A stretch of DNA of 64,000 bases from Lingula anatina (Eukaryota; Animalia; Brachiopoda). The notes under the pieces are model-generated. The model saw only the letters and a list, made by a program, of their open reading frames with translations. It searched no databases and was not told the DNA's origin. How positions within the stretch are numbered: position 1 is the stretch's first letter; each line of letters opens with the position of its first letter. Location: positions 6,820,001-6,884,000 of the forward strand of contig CM120641.1 in assembly GCA_051362555.1 (NCBI GenBank), given 5' to 3'. The translations under genes and the position numbers were made by a program. Positions 63,769 through 64,000 of the stretch are shown piece by piece.

Positions 63769-63955
63769 AAACTAGAAAAGCACTCCGAGAGTGCAGACCT
63801 CTGCCAAGGTAGCAATTGTTGATTATTATTGATTTTTGTCCTCTTTGGCCCACTTCTGACAGTTCCTGAAAATTTCAGCAAAATCGGTCCATAACTTTTT
63901 GAGTTATGTTGATGACAAACAGGGGTGAAAATATAACCTCCTTGGCAGAGGTAAA
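63769..63955 (-). mobile_element. Short Helentron/HINE-like element of a different family, opposite orientation
   Basis: aactagaaaa, then hairpin gcactccgagagtgc and subTIR acctctgccaagg; far end palindrome aacctccttggcagaggt followed by aaa. This is the reverse complement of a canonical HINE layout. Confidence 0.7.
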
Positions 63956-64000
63956 TATAATTCCAATGAAGCTGCTATTCAAACTTTTAATCTTTCAGTT

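Overview
AT-rich, intron-containing animal genomic DNA. The repeat landscape is invertebrate and probably lophotrochozoan/mollusc-like; this is inference. Six protein-coding loci were reconstructed by hand from GT-AG junctions. (1) An intronless 251-aa two-TM protein at 1275-2030 (+). (2) ATOS/FAM214A, 11 coding exons, about 1044 aa, at 9992-27314 (+). (3) A 4-exon uncharacterised multi-pass membrane protein with a CxCxCWDTxFKG motif at 31770-35900 (+). (4) Renalase, 7 coding exons, 350 aa, at 39010-45098 (-). (5) MIS18BP1/KNL2 with SANTA, CENP-C-like motif and SANT domain at 48920-59689 (+), head-to-head with renalase. (6) The 3' part of zinc transporter SLC30A6/ZnT6 at 61239-63149 (-). Introns carry many non-autonomous DNA elements: two Helentron/HINE-like elements with internal ~161-bp satellite arrays, PIF/Harbinger-, hAT- and Tc1-like MITEs (several nested) and a composite foldback element. 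The most interesting observations are an ATG13-like HORMA pattern in the ATOS N-terminus, a candidate internal TATA promoter and micro-exon that would make an ATOS isoform lacking half of that domain, and the satellite-carrying Helentrons, one of which ends about 14 bp from the first coding splice acceptor. No prokaryotic systems, rRNA, tRNA or CRISPR arrays were seen.
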